DNA from: Candidatus Eiseniibacteriota bacterium
Lineage (GTDB): Bacteria > Eisenbacteria > RBG-16-71-46 > CAIMUX01 > VGJL01
Reading direction: 5' to 3'
Length of the DNA: 64,000 bases
Assembly: GCA_041946735.1 (NCBI GenBank)
Contig: JBHGAY010000022.1
Location: 29,400 to 93,399, forward strand
Shown here: positions 31,265-42,152 of the stretch, one piece after another
How positions within the stretch are numbered: position 1 is the first letter of the stretch
Layout of the letters: the number at the start of each line of letters is the position of its first letter
Position numbers and translations under genes: made by a program
Notes under the pieces: generated by a model
Told to the model about the DNA's origin: nothing
Database searches by the model: none
What the model saw: only the letters and a program-made list of their open reading frames with translations

Positions 31265-31372
31265 AGCAAGACATCTTGGGTCACGGCAGATCGTGGTGCG
31301 TCGCCGATGCTCCGAGCACGTGGTTTCTGGCGCCAAGGAGGCACCGGGCCTCACGAGGGGTGGGTGACCAGC

Positions 31373-31645
31373 ATGAAGATCACAGAGGTCAGGATCTCGC
31401 TGCGGGACGACGAAAAGCTGAAGGCCTTCGTCAGCATCACGCTCGACAGTTGTTTCGTAATCCGAGGGTTGAAGATCATCCACGGGAACAAGGGTCTTTT
31501 CGTCGCCATGCCCAGCCGGCGCAAGCCGGACGGGACGTTTCAAGACCTGGCCCACCCGATCAACAATGCGACGCGTAGCTGGATCGAGGGAGAGATCCTC
31601 GAGGCCTACCGGCTCGAGCTGGAAAGGAGCGCTCTCGTCCAGTAG
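31373..31645 (+). CDS. spoVG: SpoVG family protein
   Basis: [35 protein letters not shown]. Confidence 0.95.
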   Translation: MKITEVRISLRDDEKLKAFVSITLDSCFVIRGLKIIHGNKGLFVAMPSRRKPDGTFQDLAHPINNATRSWIEGEILEAYRLELERSALVQ

Positions 31646-31796
31646 CAAGATTCTTCTGGAACCGAAAGGACGTCTTCTGATCCAATAGACCCGTCCTTGC
31701 CGCGGGGCTTCCACCTCGGGCCTCCGAGGTGGCCCCGAGAGGACGCAGGGTTTCCCTGTCCCTCGCGGGCCGCATCCGGCCGAAGGCAAGCCGGCT

Positions 31797-31867
31797 TGGG
31801 GCGTCGTCCAGTGGCAGGACCCGGGATTTTGGTTCCCGTTACGGAGGTTCGAGTCCTCCCGCCCCAG
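31797..31867 (+). tRNA. tRNA-Gln(TTG)
   Basis: TGGGGCG/CGCCCCA; cggga-ttTTGgt-tcccg; GGTTCGAGTCC; CCA not encoded. Confidence 0.95.
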
Positions 31868-31950
31868 CAATTCTTTCAGAGGCCCCCATCCATGGGTCCG
31901 GAGTTGCATGGGCGGCCGCCCGAGGGCGGTTCGACCAAGCGGAGGAGAAC

Positions 31951-32889
31951 GTGCTCGATACGTTGCGCGTCTTTGCGGGCAACGCGAATGCGAAGCTCGC
32001 GAAAGACATTGCCGCCTACCTCGGCGTGGAGCTGGGGGAGGCGGAAGTCAGCCATTTCAGCGATGGCGAGATCAACGTCCGGATCAAGGAGAACATCCGC
32101 GGCTGCGACATCTTCATCGTCCAGCCCACGTACGCCCCCGCTGACAACCTCCTCGAGCTGCTGATCATGATGGACGCCGCCCGGCGCGCCAGCGCGCACC
32201 GGGTGACGGCGGTCCTTCCGTATTTCGGGTATGCCCGGCAGGACAGGAAGGACCAGCCTCGCGTCCCGATCACCGCGAAGCTCGTCGCGAACCTCATCAC
32301 GGTCGCAGGAGCGAACCGGGTCCTGACGATGGACCTGCACTCCTCGCAGATCCAGGGGTTCTTCGACATTCCGTTCGATCACCTCTTCGCCGCGCCGGTC
32401 TTGATTCAGTACTTCCGGGACCTGGCGATCCCCGATCTGATCGTGGTCGCCCCGGACGTCGGGAGCATCAAGATGGCCCGGGCCTACGCGAAGCGGCTCG
32501 GCGCCTCCCTCGCGCTCGTCGACAAGCGCAGGGTGCGGCAGGACGAGATGGAGGTGATGAACGTGATCGGCGACGTCCGGGATCGCAACGTCGTCATCTT
32601 CGACGACGTCATCTCGACCGGAAAGACAGTGGCGCGCGCCGCGGCCGCCCTGCGCTCGCAGGGGGCTCGCGAGATCTTCATCGGCGCGAGCCATGCCGCC
32701 TTCTCGGACGAGACGATTCCGATCCTCGAGGACTCGCCCGTCCGGGAGATCGTCATCACCGACTCGATCGCGCAGCCGCCCGAGCGGCTCGCCTCCCCCA
32801 AGATCCGCGTGCTCAGCGTGAGCGGACTTCTGGGCGAGGCGATCCGCCGGATCCACGAGGAGCGCTCTCTCAGCTCGCTCTTCGTCTAG
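31951..32889 (+). CDS. prs: Ribose-phosphate pyrophosphokinase
   Basis: GGAGGAG RBS before GTG; FSDGE, YARQDRK, DLH, APDVG, DDVISTG. Confidence 0.97.
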   Translation: MLDTLRVFAGNANAKLAKDIAAYLGVELGEAEVSHFSDGEINVRIKENIRGCDIFIVQPTYAPADNLLELLIMMDAARRASAHRVTAVLPYFGYARQDRKDQPRVPITAKLVANLITVAGANRVLTMDLHSSQIQGFFDIPFDHLFAAPVLIQYFRDLAIPDLIVVAPDVGSIKMARAYAKRLGASLALVDKRRVRQDEMEVMNVIGDVRDRNVVIFDDVISTGKTVARAAAALRSQGAREIFIGASHAAFSDETIPILEDSPVREIVITDSIAQPPERLASPKIRVLSVSGLLGEAIRRIHEERSLSSLFV

Positions 32890-33084
32890 AAGGAACGGAA
32901 CGGAACGGAACGGATCGGAGCGGGGGCGGATCGATCGCGATCCGCGCCCAGGAGTGTCCCCGATAGCCTAAGTGGCTCTTCGGGACGTTTGGCCCCCGGT
33001 TCCCATAGGGGGCGGAGGCCCTCGGGGAATCGCCCCGAGCGGGGTAGGCCCCTCTCGGGGGCAGCAGGAGGATAGGGAGAAAGA

Positions 33085-33735
33085 ATGGAAACGGTAGAGC
33101 TGCATGGCGAACTTCGAAGCGGGACCGGCAAGGGGAGCGCCCGCCGCACCCGGATGGCCGGCCGCACTCCGGGCGTGATCTATGGCGCCGGGGAGCAGGC
33201 GATCCCGATCACGCTGCTCGAGAGCGATCTCACGCGCGTGCTGCGCCAGCACCGCGGCGGCACCGTCGTCCTCGACCTGAAGATCGCGGGGATCCAGGAC
33301 CGGGACCTGACGGCGATCATCAAGGAAGTGCAGCGGGAGCCGGTTTCGCGCCGGGTGCTGCACATCGATCTGCAGCATGTCTCACTGACGCAGCTCGTCC
33401 ACGTCTCCGTCCCGGTGCATCTGACCGGAACGGCCGCCGGCGTGAAGGAAGGCGGCATCCTGGAGCAGCTGATCCGCGATCTCGAGATCAGCTGCGAGGC
33501 GGGCCGGATCCCCGAGAAGATCGACCTGGACGTCACCGCTCTCGTGAAGGGCCACTCCCTCCATGTGAGCGACTTGCCGCTTCCCGAGGGTGTCACGTCG
33601 TTGACGCCGGCCGACCGGGTCGTGGCGACGATCATCACGAAGGCGGTGGAGGTGGCCGAGGCGGCTGCGGCGCCCGAGGCGGCTGCCGCGACGCCCGAAG
33701 GCGGGGCGGCGCCCGAGAAGGCTGCTGCCGAGTAG
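33085..33735 (+). CDS. rplY: 50S ribosomal protein L25/Ctc
   Basis: GKGSARRTR..G.TPGVIYG, HIDL, GVKEGG. Confidence 0.95.
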   Translation: METVELHGELRSGTGKGSARRTRMAGRTPGVIYGAGEQAIPITLLESDLTRVLRQHRGGTVVLDLKIAGIQDRDLTAIIKEVQREPVSRRVLHIDLQHVSLTQLVHVSVPVHLTGTAAGVKEGGILEQLIRDLEISCEAGRIPEKIDLDVTALVKGHSLHVSDLPLPEGVTSLTPADRVVATIITKAVEVAEAAAAPEAAAATPEGGAAPEKAAAE

Positions 33736-33777
33736 GGCCGGGAGATCTCCGAGGATCGGGATCCAGACGCGCCGGAG

Positions 33778-34380
33778 ATCCGGTGCGTCGCCGGGCTGGG
33801 GAACCCCGGGCGTCGCTACGCGGAGACGCGGCACAACGCCGGGTTCCATCTGGTCGACCGGATCGCGAGAGAAGCGGGAGCGGCCTGGATGGAGAAGCCG
33901 GGAAGAGCGGAGGCGATCGTGCCGATCGGCGGCCGGGACACCGTCCTGGTGAAGCCGCTCGCCTACATGAATCGGAGCGGTCCTCCGGTGCTCGCCTGCC
34001 TGGAGGAGCACCGGCTCGACGCGGGACAGCTCCTCGTCGCCGTGGACGACGTCGCCCTTCCGGCCGGGCGGCTGCGCCTTCGCGCGGCGGGCTCCTCGGG
34101 CGGACATCGAGGGCTCGCGTCGATCGAGCAGGCGCTCGCGACCGACCGCTACGCGAGGCTGCGTCTCGGAGTCGGCGGGGCCGAGCCGGGAGAGGATCTG
34201 GCCGAGTACGTGCTCCGTCCGCTCTCGCCGGAGGAGCGGGAGGAGTTCGACAGGATGATCGAACGGGGAGCGGAGGCGGTGCGCGTGGCGCTGCTCGAAG
34301 GCTTCCCGGCTGCGATGAACCGGTTCAACCCGTCCCCTCCGTCCAACGGAGAGAACGGGTCGCAGGGACGAGAAGGATGA
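33778..34380 (+). CDS. pth: Peptidyl-tRNA hydrolase (no canonical start codon)
   Basis: IRCVAGLGNPG..Y..TRHNAGF, KP..YMNRSG, GSSGGHRGL, YVL; in frame after the rplY TAG. Confidence 0.9.
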   Translation: MRCVAGLGNPGRRYAETRHNAGFHLVDRIAREAGAAWMEKPGRAEAIVPIGGRDTVLVKPLAYMNRSGPPVLACLEEHRLDAGQLLVAVDDVALPAGRLRLRAAGSSGGHRGLASIEQALATDRYARLRLGVGGAEPGEDLAEYVLRPLSPEEREEFDRMIERGAEAVRVALLEGFPAAMNRFNPSPPSNGENGSQGREG

Positions 34381-34459
34381 GAGAGGGCCGGATGAGAACC
34401 GCGCGGATCGCCCAGCGGGGGGGCTCTGCGAAACCGGATGGCCCCGCAGGACGAGCGCC

Positions 34460-34533
34460 TTGGAAGAGGCCCGAACGGTGGGCTCCTTGGAAGAGGCCCG
34501 AAAGGTGGGTTCCTTGAGAGAGTACGAAACGGT
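34460..34533 (+). repeat. 27-bp tandem repeat covering the rpsF RBS and start
   Basis: TTGGAAGAGGCCCGAA(C/A)GGTGGG(C/T)TCC at 34460 and 34487, then TTGAGAGAGTACGAAACGGT at 34514. Confidence 0.8.
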
Positions 34534-35008
34534 CTTCGTGCTCCATCCCTCCCTCGAGGAGGCGAAGGTGGAGGAGGAGATCGAGGGGGTTCGACAGACG
34601 CTGGTCGGCAACTCCAGCGAGATCGTCGACATCGAGCGCTGGGGGCGGCGCAAGCTCGCCTACGAGGTGCAGAAGGTCGGCGAGGGGATCTACACACTGA
34701 TCCGGTTCCGCGCGGAGCCCGTGGCCGTCGCGGAACTGGAGCGTCGCTACCGGCTTCGCGAGACGGTCCTGCGGCACTTGACGGTGCTGGCGCAGGGTCC
34801 GCCGCCCGAGCCGGCGCGTCACGAGGAGTCTTCGTCGGAGCCGGCGGTGGCCGAGGGCGTGCACGCCGAAGGCCAGGCGGGTTCCGAGGGAGCCGCAGCC
34901 GGAACGCCGGCGGCGGTGGCGACGACGGCGTCCGAGCCGGCGGCCGCGACCGAGCCGGCGCCCGCAGCGAGTCCGGCCGAGCCCGAAGCGGACGTCACAC
35001 AGTCCTAG
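34514..35008 (+). CDS. rpsF: 30S ribosomal protein S6
   Basis: REYETVFVLHP, WGRRKLAYEV; TTG start; acidic Ala-rich tail. Confidence 0.95.
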   Translation: MREYETVFVLHPSLEEAKVEEEIEGVRQTLVGNSSEIVDIERWGRRKLAYEVQKVGEGIYTLIRFRAEPVAVAELERRYRLRETVLRHLTVLAQGPPPEPARHEESSSEPAVAEGVHAEGQAGSEGAAAGTPAAVATTASEPAAATEPAPAASPAEPEADVTQS

Positions 35009-35038
35009 CCTGGGGGCTGCCAGGCGGAGGAGTTCGAG

Positions 35039-35677
35039 ATGGAAGGAACGACGTATCCCAGGATGAACCGGGTCTTCCTCACCGGGATCGCCCAGGAGGA
35101 GCCCGAGCTTCGCTACACGCCTTCGGGCGTGACGGTTTGTTCGTTCCGCGTGCAGGTCGGGAGGATCCTGCGGGATCGTTCCGGCGGCGCGCGCGAGGTG
35201 GCCGCCTATCTGACCGTCGTCGCCTGGCAGGAAACGGCCCAGCGGATGGCCCGTGACCTGCGGAAAGGGCAGGCGATGTACGTCGAGGGATACCTGAGCA
35301 CCCGTTCCTTCACGACGGCTCGCGGCGACAAGCGGACCGCGGTGGAGATCTACGCCGAGCAGATCCAGATCCTGGGGCCCTTCCTCGAGGAGCGGCCGGC
35401 CGAGGAGGGCTCGGGAGAGAAGCCGCATCGCCAGAACGATCGCCGCCGTCCGGGAGGCGGACCGCGCGCGGGCGAGGCTCCGGCTCGCGAAGGCGCAGGC
35501 GCCGCCGCGGGTCCCGAGCACGAGGCGCGTCACGAAACGACTCCTCCGCATCAGGACGAGACTCCTCCCCACGAGGAGCCGCTCCACGTGCACGAGGATG
35601 AGTCCGAGCACGCGCAGCAGAATCCCCAGGAGCCTACGCAGGAGCACGATGAGGGGACGCAGCGCATGGATCTGTAG
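35039..35677 (+). CDS. ssb: Single-stranded DNA-binding protein (atypical tail)
   Basis: MNRVFLTG..PELRYTPSG..VVAW..A...LRKG..YVEG.L OB fold; between rpsF and rpsR. Confidence 0.85.
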   Translation: MEGTTYPRMNRVFLTGIAQEEPELRYTPSGVTVCSFRVQVGRILRDRSGGAREVAAYLTVVAWQETAQRMARDLRKGQAMYVEGYLSTRSFTTARGDKRTAVEIYAEQIQILGPFLEERPAEEGSGEKPHRQNDRRRPGGGPRAGEAPAREGAGAAAGPEHEARHETTPPHQDETPPHEEPLHVHEDESEHAQQNPQEPTQEHDEGTQRMDL

Positions 35678-35730
35678 GGATCCGGCGGAACGAGTCGGAG
35701 AGAGAAGAAGACGAGAAAGAGAGGATCGGA

Positions 35731-35970
35731 ATGCCCAAGGGTGAACCGCGCGGTCCGCGCCGGAAGGTCTGCAAGCTGTGCCTGGACCGTGTCGCCTATG
35801 TCGACTACAAGGACGAGAAGCGCCTGCAACGCGCCGTGACCGATCGAGGCAAGATCGTTCCGCGGCGGGTGTCGGGCAACTGCGCGCGCCATCAGGCGCA
35901 GATCACGCGGGCCGTCAAGCGGGCGCGTGTGCTGGCCATGCTGCCGTTCGCCGCCGAATCGTACAAGTAG
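35731..35970 (+). CDS. rpsR: 30S ribosomal protein S18
   Basis: CKLC, VDYKD, GKIVPRRVSGNCARHQ..AVKRAR. Confidence 0.97.
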   Translation: MPKGEPRGPRRKVCKLCLDRVAYVDYKDEKRLQRAVTDRGKIVPRRVSGNCARHQAQITRAVKRARVLAMLPFAAESYK

Positions 35971-36168
35971 GTCGTCCCCGCTCTGCTCGTGCAGCGGCGC
36001 CGGTGGAGGCGCCGCGGAGGATGACGGCACGGCGAGACCGGCGAGTCCGGACCCCGGCGCCGCCGGCGCCACGCAAGCGGCGGGCGTCTTCGCCCGTGCG
36101 ACGGGCGCGACGCAGGGACGATCGAGACGAATGGAGAGAGGCCGAGAGGAAGGAAAGGAACGATTCCG

Positions 36169-36621
36169 ATGGAGGTCATTCTTCTGCAAGAGATCGACGG
36201 ACTCGGCCGCCCCGGCGACCGGGTCGACGTCGCGCCCGGCTACGCCCGAAACTTCCTGCTCCCGAAGAACCTCGCGCTGCAGGCGACGAGCGCCGGCGCG
36301 CGGATCTTCGCCGAGAAGGAGCGCGTGAAGCAGGCGCGGCAGGACAAGATGCGCGCCCATGCCGAGAAGACGGCGACGAAGCTCAACAAGACCTCGGTCA
36401 CCGTGCTGATGCAGGCGGGCGAGGATGACAAGCTCTTCGGGTCGGTCACGTCGGCCGACATCGCCGAGAAGCTGGCGGCCGAAGGCTTCGAGGTGGACAA
36501 GAGGCAGATCATTCTCGAGGAGCCGCTGAAGGCGCTCGGCGCGTACAACGTGAAGGTCCATCTCTACCAGGACGTCGAGGCGAAGGTGCGCGTCTGGGTG
36601 AAGAAGGAGGGTCTGGCCTGA
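36169..36621 (+). CDS. rplI: 50S ribosomal protein L9
   Basis: MEVILL..LG..G..V.VAPGYARNFLLP, KLFGSVT. Confidence 0.97.
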   Translation: MEVILLQEIDGLGRPGDRVDVAPGYARNFLLPKNLALQATSAGARIFAEKERVKQARQDKMRAHAEKTATKLNKTSVTVLMQAGEDDKLFGSVTSADIAEKLAAEGFEVDKRQIILEEPLKALGAYNVKVHLYQDVEAKVRVWVKKEGLA

Positions 36622-36625
36622 GGCG

Positions 36626-37936
36626 ATGCGTGAGGCGATGCGTGATCCGATGCGTGAGCGGATGCGTGATCCGATGAAGATGCGAGGAGTCGTTCTCGGT
36701 TTCGTTCTCGGCCTGCTCTGCAGCGCGGTGTTCCTGGTCGGGCTCCAGTGCTCTGGCGGCGGGGGGCCGGGCTCTTCGGGTTCCGATGGCGGGGATCTTC
36801 AGGATCTGGTGCTTGGCCGTGTCGGGAAGCAGGCGTTCACCGTCCGTGACCTGAACAACAAGATCCGCTACCAGTACCCGCAAATGATGAACCTGAAGGG
36901 GAAGGACGCGGTCGGGCAGTATCGCGACGTCCTGCGCAGCGCGATCGACGAGCTGTGTTGGATCACCCTCGGGCAGAAGAAGGGCTACCAGAACGACCCG
37001 GAGTTCAAGGCCACCTGGGAGCTCTCGCGCCGCTACATCCTCGCCGCCCGCACGATCGAGCACGAAGTGCGGGCGAAGTCGGTCCCCTCGGAAGAGGAGA
37101 TCCAGAACTACTACCAGGAGCACCGGTCCGACTACATGGTGCCGACCCGCGTGCAGGCCGCGCACGTGCTCGTCCGCACGCTCCCGGAGGCGAAGGCCGT
37201 CCGCGCGCGGCTGCTCCGCGGCGAATCGATCGCCGACCTCGCGCGCACCGTCTCGATCGACGAGCCGACGAAGGCCAACGGCGGGGTCCTGGGCTGGATG
37301 ACCGCCGGATCGGGGGTGGGCCATCTCGGCGAGATCCCGCAGGTCAACGCCGAGGCGATGAAGCTTCAGAGGGGGGAAACGAGCGAACCGGTCGAGATCC
37401 CCGGGATGGGATGGACGGTCCTGCAGGCGATCGATCGAACCGAGGCGACGCCCCGCCCCTTCGACGACGCGGTGCGCCAGGCGATTGCGCGGCGGGTGCA
37501 GACGACGAAGCACAATCAGCTCTTTTCGCAGACGCTGGCCAAGCTCCAGGAGGAATACGGGGCGAAAGTCGACGAGGAAGCGTTCCAGCGCTACTCCGAG
37601 AGCCTCCTGTCGGAGGAGGATCTGTTCGGCGCGGCGCGCGACGAGAAGGATCCGGATCTCAAGATCCGGTTGTACGAAGGGTTCGCGGCGAAATACCCGG
37701 CGAGCGAGAGGGCGGCCCAGGCGGAGTTCATGGTAGGGTTCCTTCAAGCGGACGAGAAAAAGGACTACGCGGCGGCCCGGGAGGCGTTCGAGCGGTTCCT
37801 TCAGGACCATCCCGATCATGAGCTGGCCGCGTCCGCGCGCTGGATGCTCGACAACATGGAACAGCCGAACCCCGATCCGGCCCGGATCGGTTCGGTCCGC
37901 CGCCAGGCGGAAGACCGAACCGGGAATCCGAACTAG
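36626..37936 (+). CDS. Parvulin-type peptidyl-prolyl isomerase (SurA/PrsA-like) with C-terminal TPR; probable lipoprotein
   Basis: Hydrophobic leader ending in Cys; AAHVLV..LARTVSID..GGVLGW parvulin domain; AQAEFMVGF..DYAAA..F.RFL..P TPR. True start may be 36674. Confidence 0.8.
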   Translation: MREAMRDPMRERMRDPMKMRGVVLGFVLGLLCSAVFLVGLQCSGGGGPGSSGSDGGDLQDLVLGRVGKQAFTVRDLNNKIRYQYPQMMNLKGKDAVGQYRDVLRSAIDELCWITLGQKKGYQNDPEFKATWELSRRYILAARTIEHEVRAKSVPSEEEIQNYYQEHRSDYMVPTRVQAAHVLVRTLPEAKAVRARLLRGESIADLARTVSIDEPTKANGGVLGWMTAGSGVGHLGEIPQVNAEAMKLQRGETSEPVEIPGMGWTVLQAIDRTEATPRPFDDAVRQAIARRVQTTKHNQLFSQTLAKLQEEYGAKVDEEAFQRYSESLLSEEDLFGAARDEKDPDLKIRLYEGFAAKYPASERAAQAEFMVGFLQADEKKDYAAAREAFERFLQDHPDHELAASARWMLDNMEQPNPDPARIGSVRRQAEDRTGNPN

Positions 37937-37975
37937 GCGACCGGACCGGGAGGTCGGGAGATCGAGAGGTCCCGC

Positions 37976-38488
37976 ATGGTCGAAGTGGAAGTGTTGAGCC
38001 TCGCGATCGACGAGAAGAACCAGTACCCCGTCGTGATCCTGCAGACGCTCGATGGGGCGCGCCGGCTACCGATCTGGATAGGCCCGCCGGAGGCGTCGGC
38101 GATCGCGATGGAGATCGCGGGCAAGAAGTTCCAGCGGCCGCTCACGCACGACCTGATGGTCAGCATCCTGAAGGGGATGCAGGCGAAGGTCCGGCGCGTC
38201 GAGATCTGCGACCTCAAGCAGAACACCTTCTACGCGAGGATCACGATCGAGGCGGCGGGGCAGATCCTTTCGGTCGACGCGCGGCCGAGCGACTCGATCG
38301 CGATCGCGCTGAAGACGAAGGCGAAGATCTTCGCGGCCGAGGAGCTGTTGACCGACGAGCTCGACCGGCTGATCCAGGCGGAAGGGCCCGCGAAGGGGCC
38401 GGAGCCGACCGACGAGCAGCGGGCCGAGGAGCTGCGCCGCTTCATCGAGAACCTCAATCCGAAGGACTTTGGAAAGTACAGCTTCTGA
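37976..38488 (+). CDS. Bifunctional nuclease family protein (DUF151)
   Basis: LPIWIGPPEA, RPLTHDL, DARPSDSIAIAL. Confidence 0.93.
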   Translation: MVEVEVLSLAIDEKNQYPVVILQTLDGARRLPIWIGPPEASAIAMEIAGKKFQRPLTHDLMVSILKGMQAKVRRVEICDLKQNTFYARITIEAAGQILSVDARPSDSIAIALKTKAKIFAAEELLTDELDRLIQAEGPAKGPEPTDEQRAEELRRFIENLNPKDFGKYSF

Positions 38489-39038
38489 TTCGGACGCGAT
38501 CGGGCCGGGGCGCTCCGGCCCGATCCTCCTTCCCTATCGCGACGTCCGCCCGGTGCTCGGCGCGGACGTCTTCCTCGCTCCCGGCTGCGTGCTGACGGGC
38601 GACATCGTCCTGGGGGACCGCGCCTCGATCTGGTTCGGGACGGTCGCGCGGGCCGACGTCGACCGGATCCGGATCGGCGAGGGGACGAACGTGCAGGACG
38701 GCTGCGTCCTCCACGTGAGCCACGGCTTCCCGCTCGCGCTCGGCGCGTGGGTGACCGTCGGGCATGCGGTCGTCCTGCACGGCTGCACGGTCGAGGACGG
38801 GGCGCTGATCGGGATCGGGTCGCGCCTGCTCGACGGCGTCGTCGTGGGACAGGAGTCGTGGATCGGCGCGGGAAGCCTCGTCACGCCGGGGACGAAGATC
38901 CCGGAGGGCGTCCTCGCCTTCGGATCGCCGGCGCGCGTCGTGCGTCCGCTCAGCGAAGAGGAGCGGCGGCGCGGGCGCGAGTCGGCGGAGCGCTACGTCG
39001 CCTACGCGCGGGAGTATCGGGCGGCGGGTCTCGAGTAG
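38469..39038 (+). CDS. Gamma-carbonic anhydrase family (hexapeptide repeat) protein
   Basis: ARAD..I.IG..TNVQDG.VLH, TVGH.VVLHGC. Confidence 0.9.
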   Translation: MESTASDSDAIGPGRSGPILLPYRDVRPVLGADVFLAPGCVLTGDIVLGDRASIWFGTVARADVDRIRIGEGTNVQDGCVLHVSHGFPLALGAWVTVGHAVVLHGCTVEDGALIGIGSRLLDGVVVGQESWIGAGSLVTPGTKIPEGVLAFGSPARVVRPLSEEERRRGRESAERYVAYAREYRAAGLE

Positions 39039-39068
39039 GAGCGCCGGGCCGCTGCCTCGCGGCCAGGC

Positions 39069-39770
39069 CTAGTCCTCCAACCGGAATCGGAACGGGACGA
39101 TGACGCGGAAGGGGATCGCGCGGCCGTCGCGCTCGTACGGGCGGAACTTCCACAGCTTCATCGCCCGGATCGTCTCCTCCTCGCACATCCGGTCGACCTC
39201 CGAGCCGAGCAGCTCCACCTCGCCGACGTTCCCCTCGGCATCGATCGCCGCCTGCACCCGGACCACCCCCTCGACGCCTCGCGAGACCGAGAGGCGCGGG
39301 TACTCGGGACGCACGAGCTTCAGGATCACGAAGTCCGAGGAGCGGCTGGTGGGAGCGCTCGTCGAGCGGAGCGACCAGTCCTCTCCCAGCTCGACCACGG
39401 GATTGGTGTCGGGGCTCCGTCCCTGCAGGCCGCTCGCCAGCCGGCGCGGCAGCTCCTCGGGCGCCTCCGACTCGGGGAGGATCTCGACCGGCTGCGAGAT
39501 CAGCGCCCCCGCCTGGAGGCGCGCGGTCGCGACCTGCTCCTGCTCGTCGACCCGATACTCCTGGGGATTCAGCTCGGGCAGGACGATCTCCGGTCCCTCG
39601 AAGCCGATGTGGGGAGCGGCCGTCTCGGCGGGACCGGTCAGGAGACGGGGAGCGGGGACGACCAGGAAGAGCAGGGCGTGGAGCAGTCCCGACACCAGGA
39701 TCGCCGCGCCGAAGGAACGCCGGTGGCGCGACTCCCGCCACGCGATCGTCTCGTCGATCTCGATCCGCAT
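39069..39770 (-). CDS. TonB family protein
   Basis: N-terminal TM with SGLLH; C-terminal PEYP..GVEGVV.V...ID..G.V...WKFRP. Confidence 0.85.
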   Translation of the reverse strand: MRIEIDETIAWRESRHRRSFGAAILVSGLLHALLFLVVPAPRLLTGPAETAAPHIGFEGPEIVLPELNPQEYRVDEQEQVATARLQAGALISQPVEILPESEAPEELPRRLASGLQGRSPDTNPVVELGEDWSLRSTSAPTSRSSDFVILKLVRPEYPRLSVSRGVEGVVRVQAAIDAEGNVGEVELLGSEVDRMCEEETIRAMKLWKFRPYERDGRAIPFRVIVPFRFRLED

Positions 39771-39926
39771 CGGCCGGCCTGCCTCCCTCTCGCCCCGCGA
39801 AGCGCTCCACGGCGAGCGTAGCAGAGGCCGGCGGCCGCTTGGCACCGGCATGCGCAGGAACGTCCGGCGCCCGGCCTTCTTGACAGCCTTCCGCCGCTCC
39901 GTCAGTCTCACCGGCGGAGACCATCC

Positions 39927-41987
<2,061 letters not shown>

Positions 41988-42034
41988 AGCGACGGCGGCT
42001 GCCGCGCTGCAACTCGTCCGGAATGGGGAATCGC

Positions 42035-42063
42035 TTGACCGGTCTGGGGGGGCGTGCTAGCTT
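42035..42063 (+). promoter_or_regulatory. sigma70 promoter TTGACC-N17-TAGCTT (extended TG) for the liv operon
   Basis: Consensus-like boxes 90 nt before the binding-protein ATG. Confidence 0.6.
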
Positions 42064-42152
42064 TCGCTAGCCTTTTCAAGGGGTTAGGCCTATCTCAGGG
42101 GCCGAACGCCCCGGATGGAGCGCGCCGGAAGGCGGGAAGCAGGGGGAAGAAG

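Noticed and set aside
33733..33735. Genome-wide UAG recoding or pyrrolysine
   Set aside because: TAG ends many ordinary genes here at expected positions (recR, prs, rpsR, groES, tatA), and no pyl genes are present.
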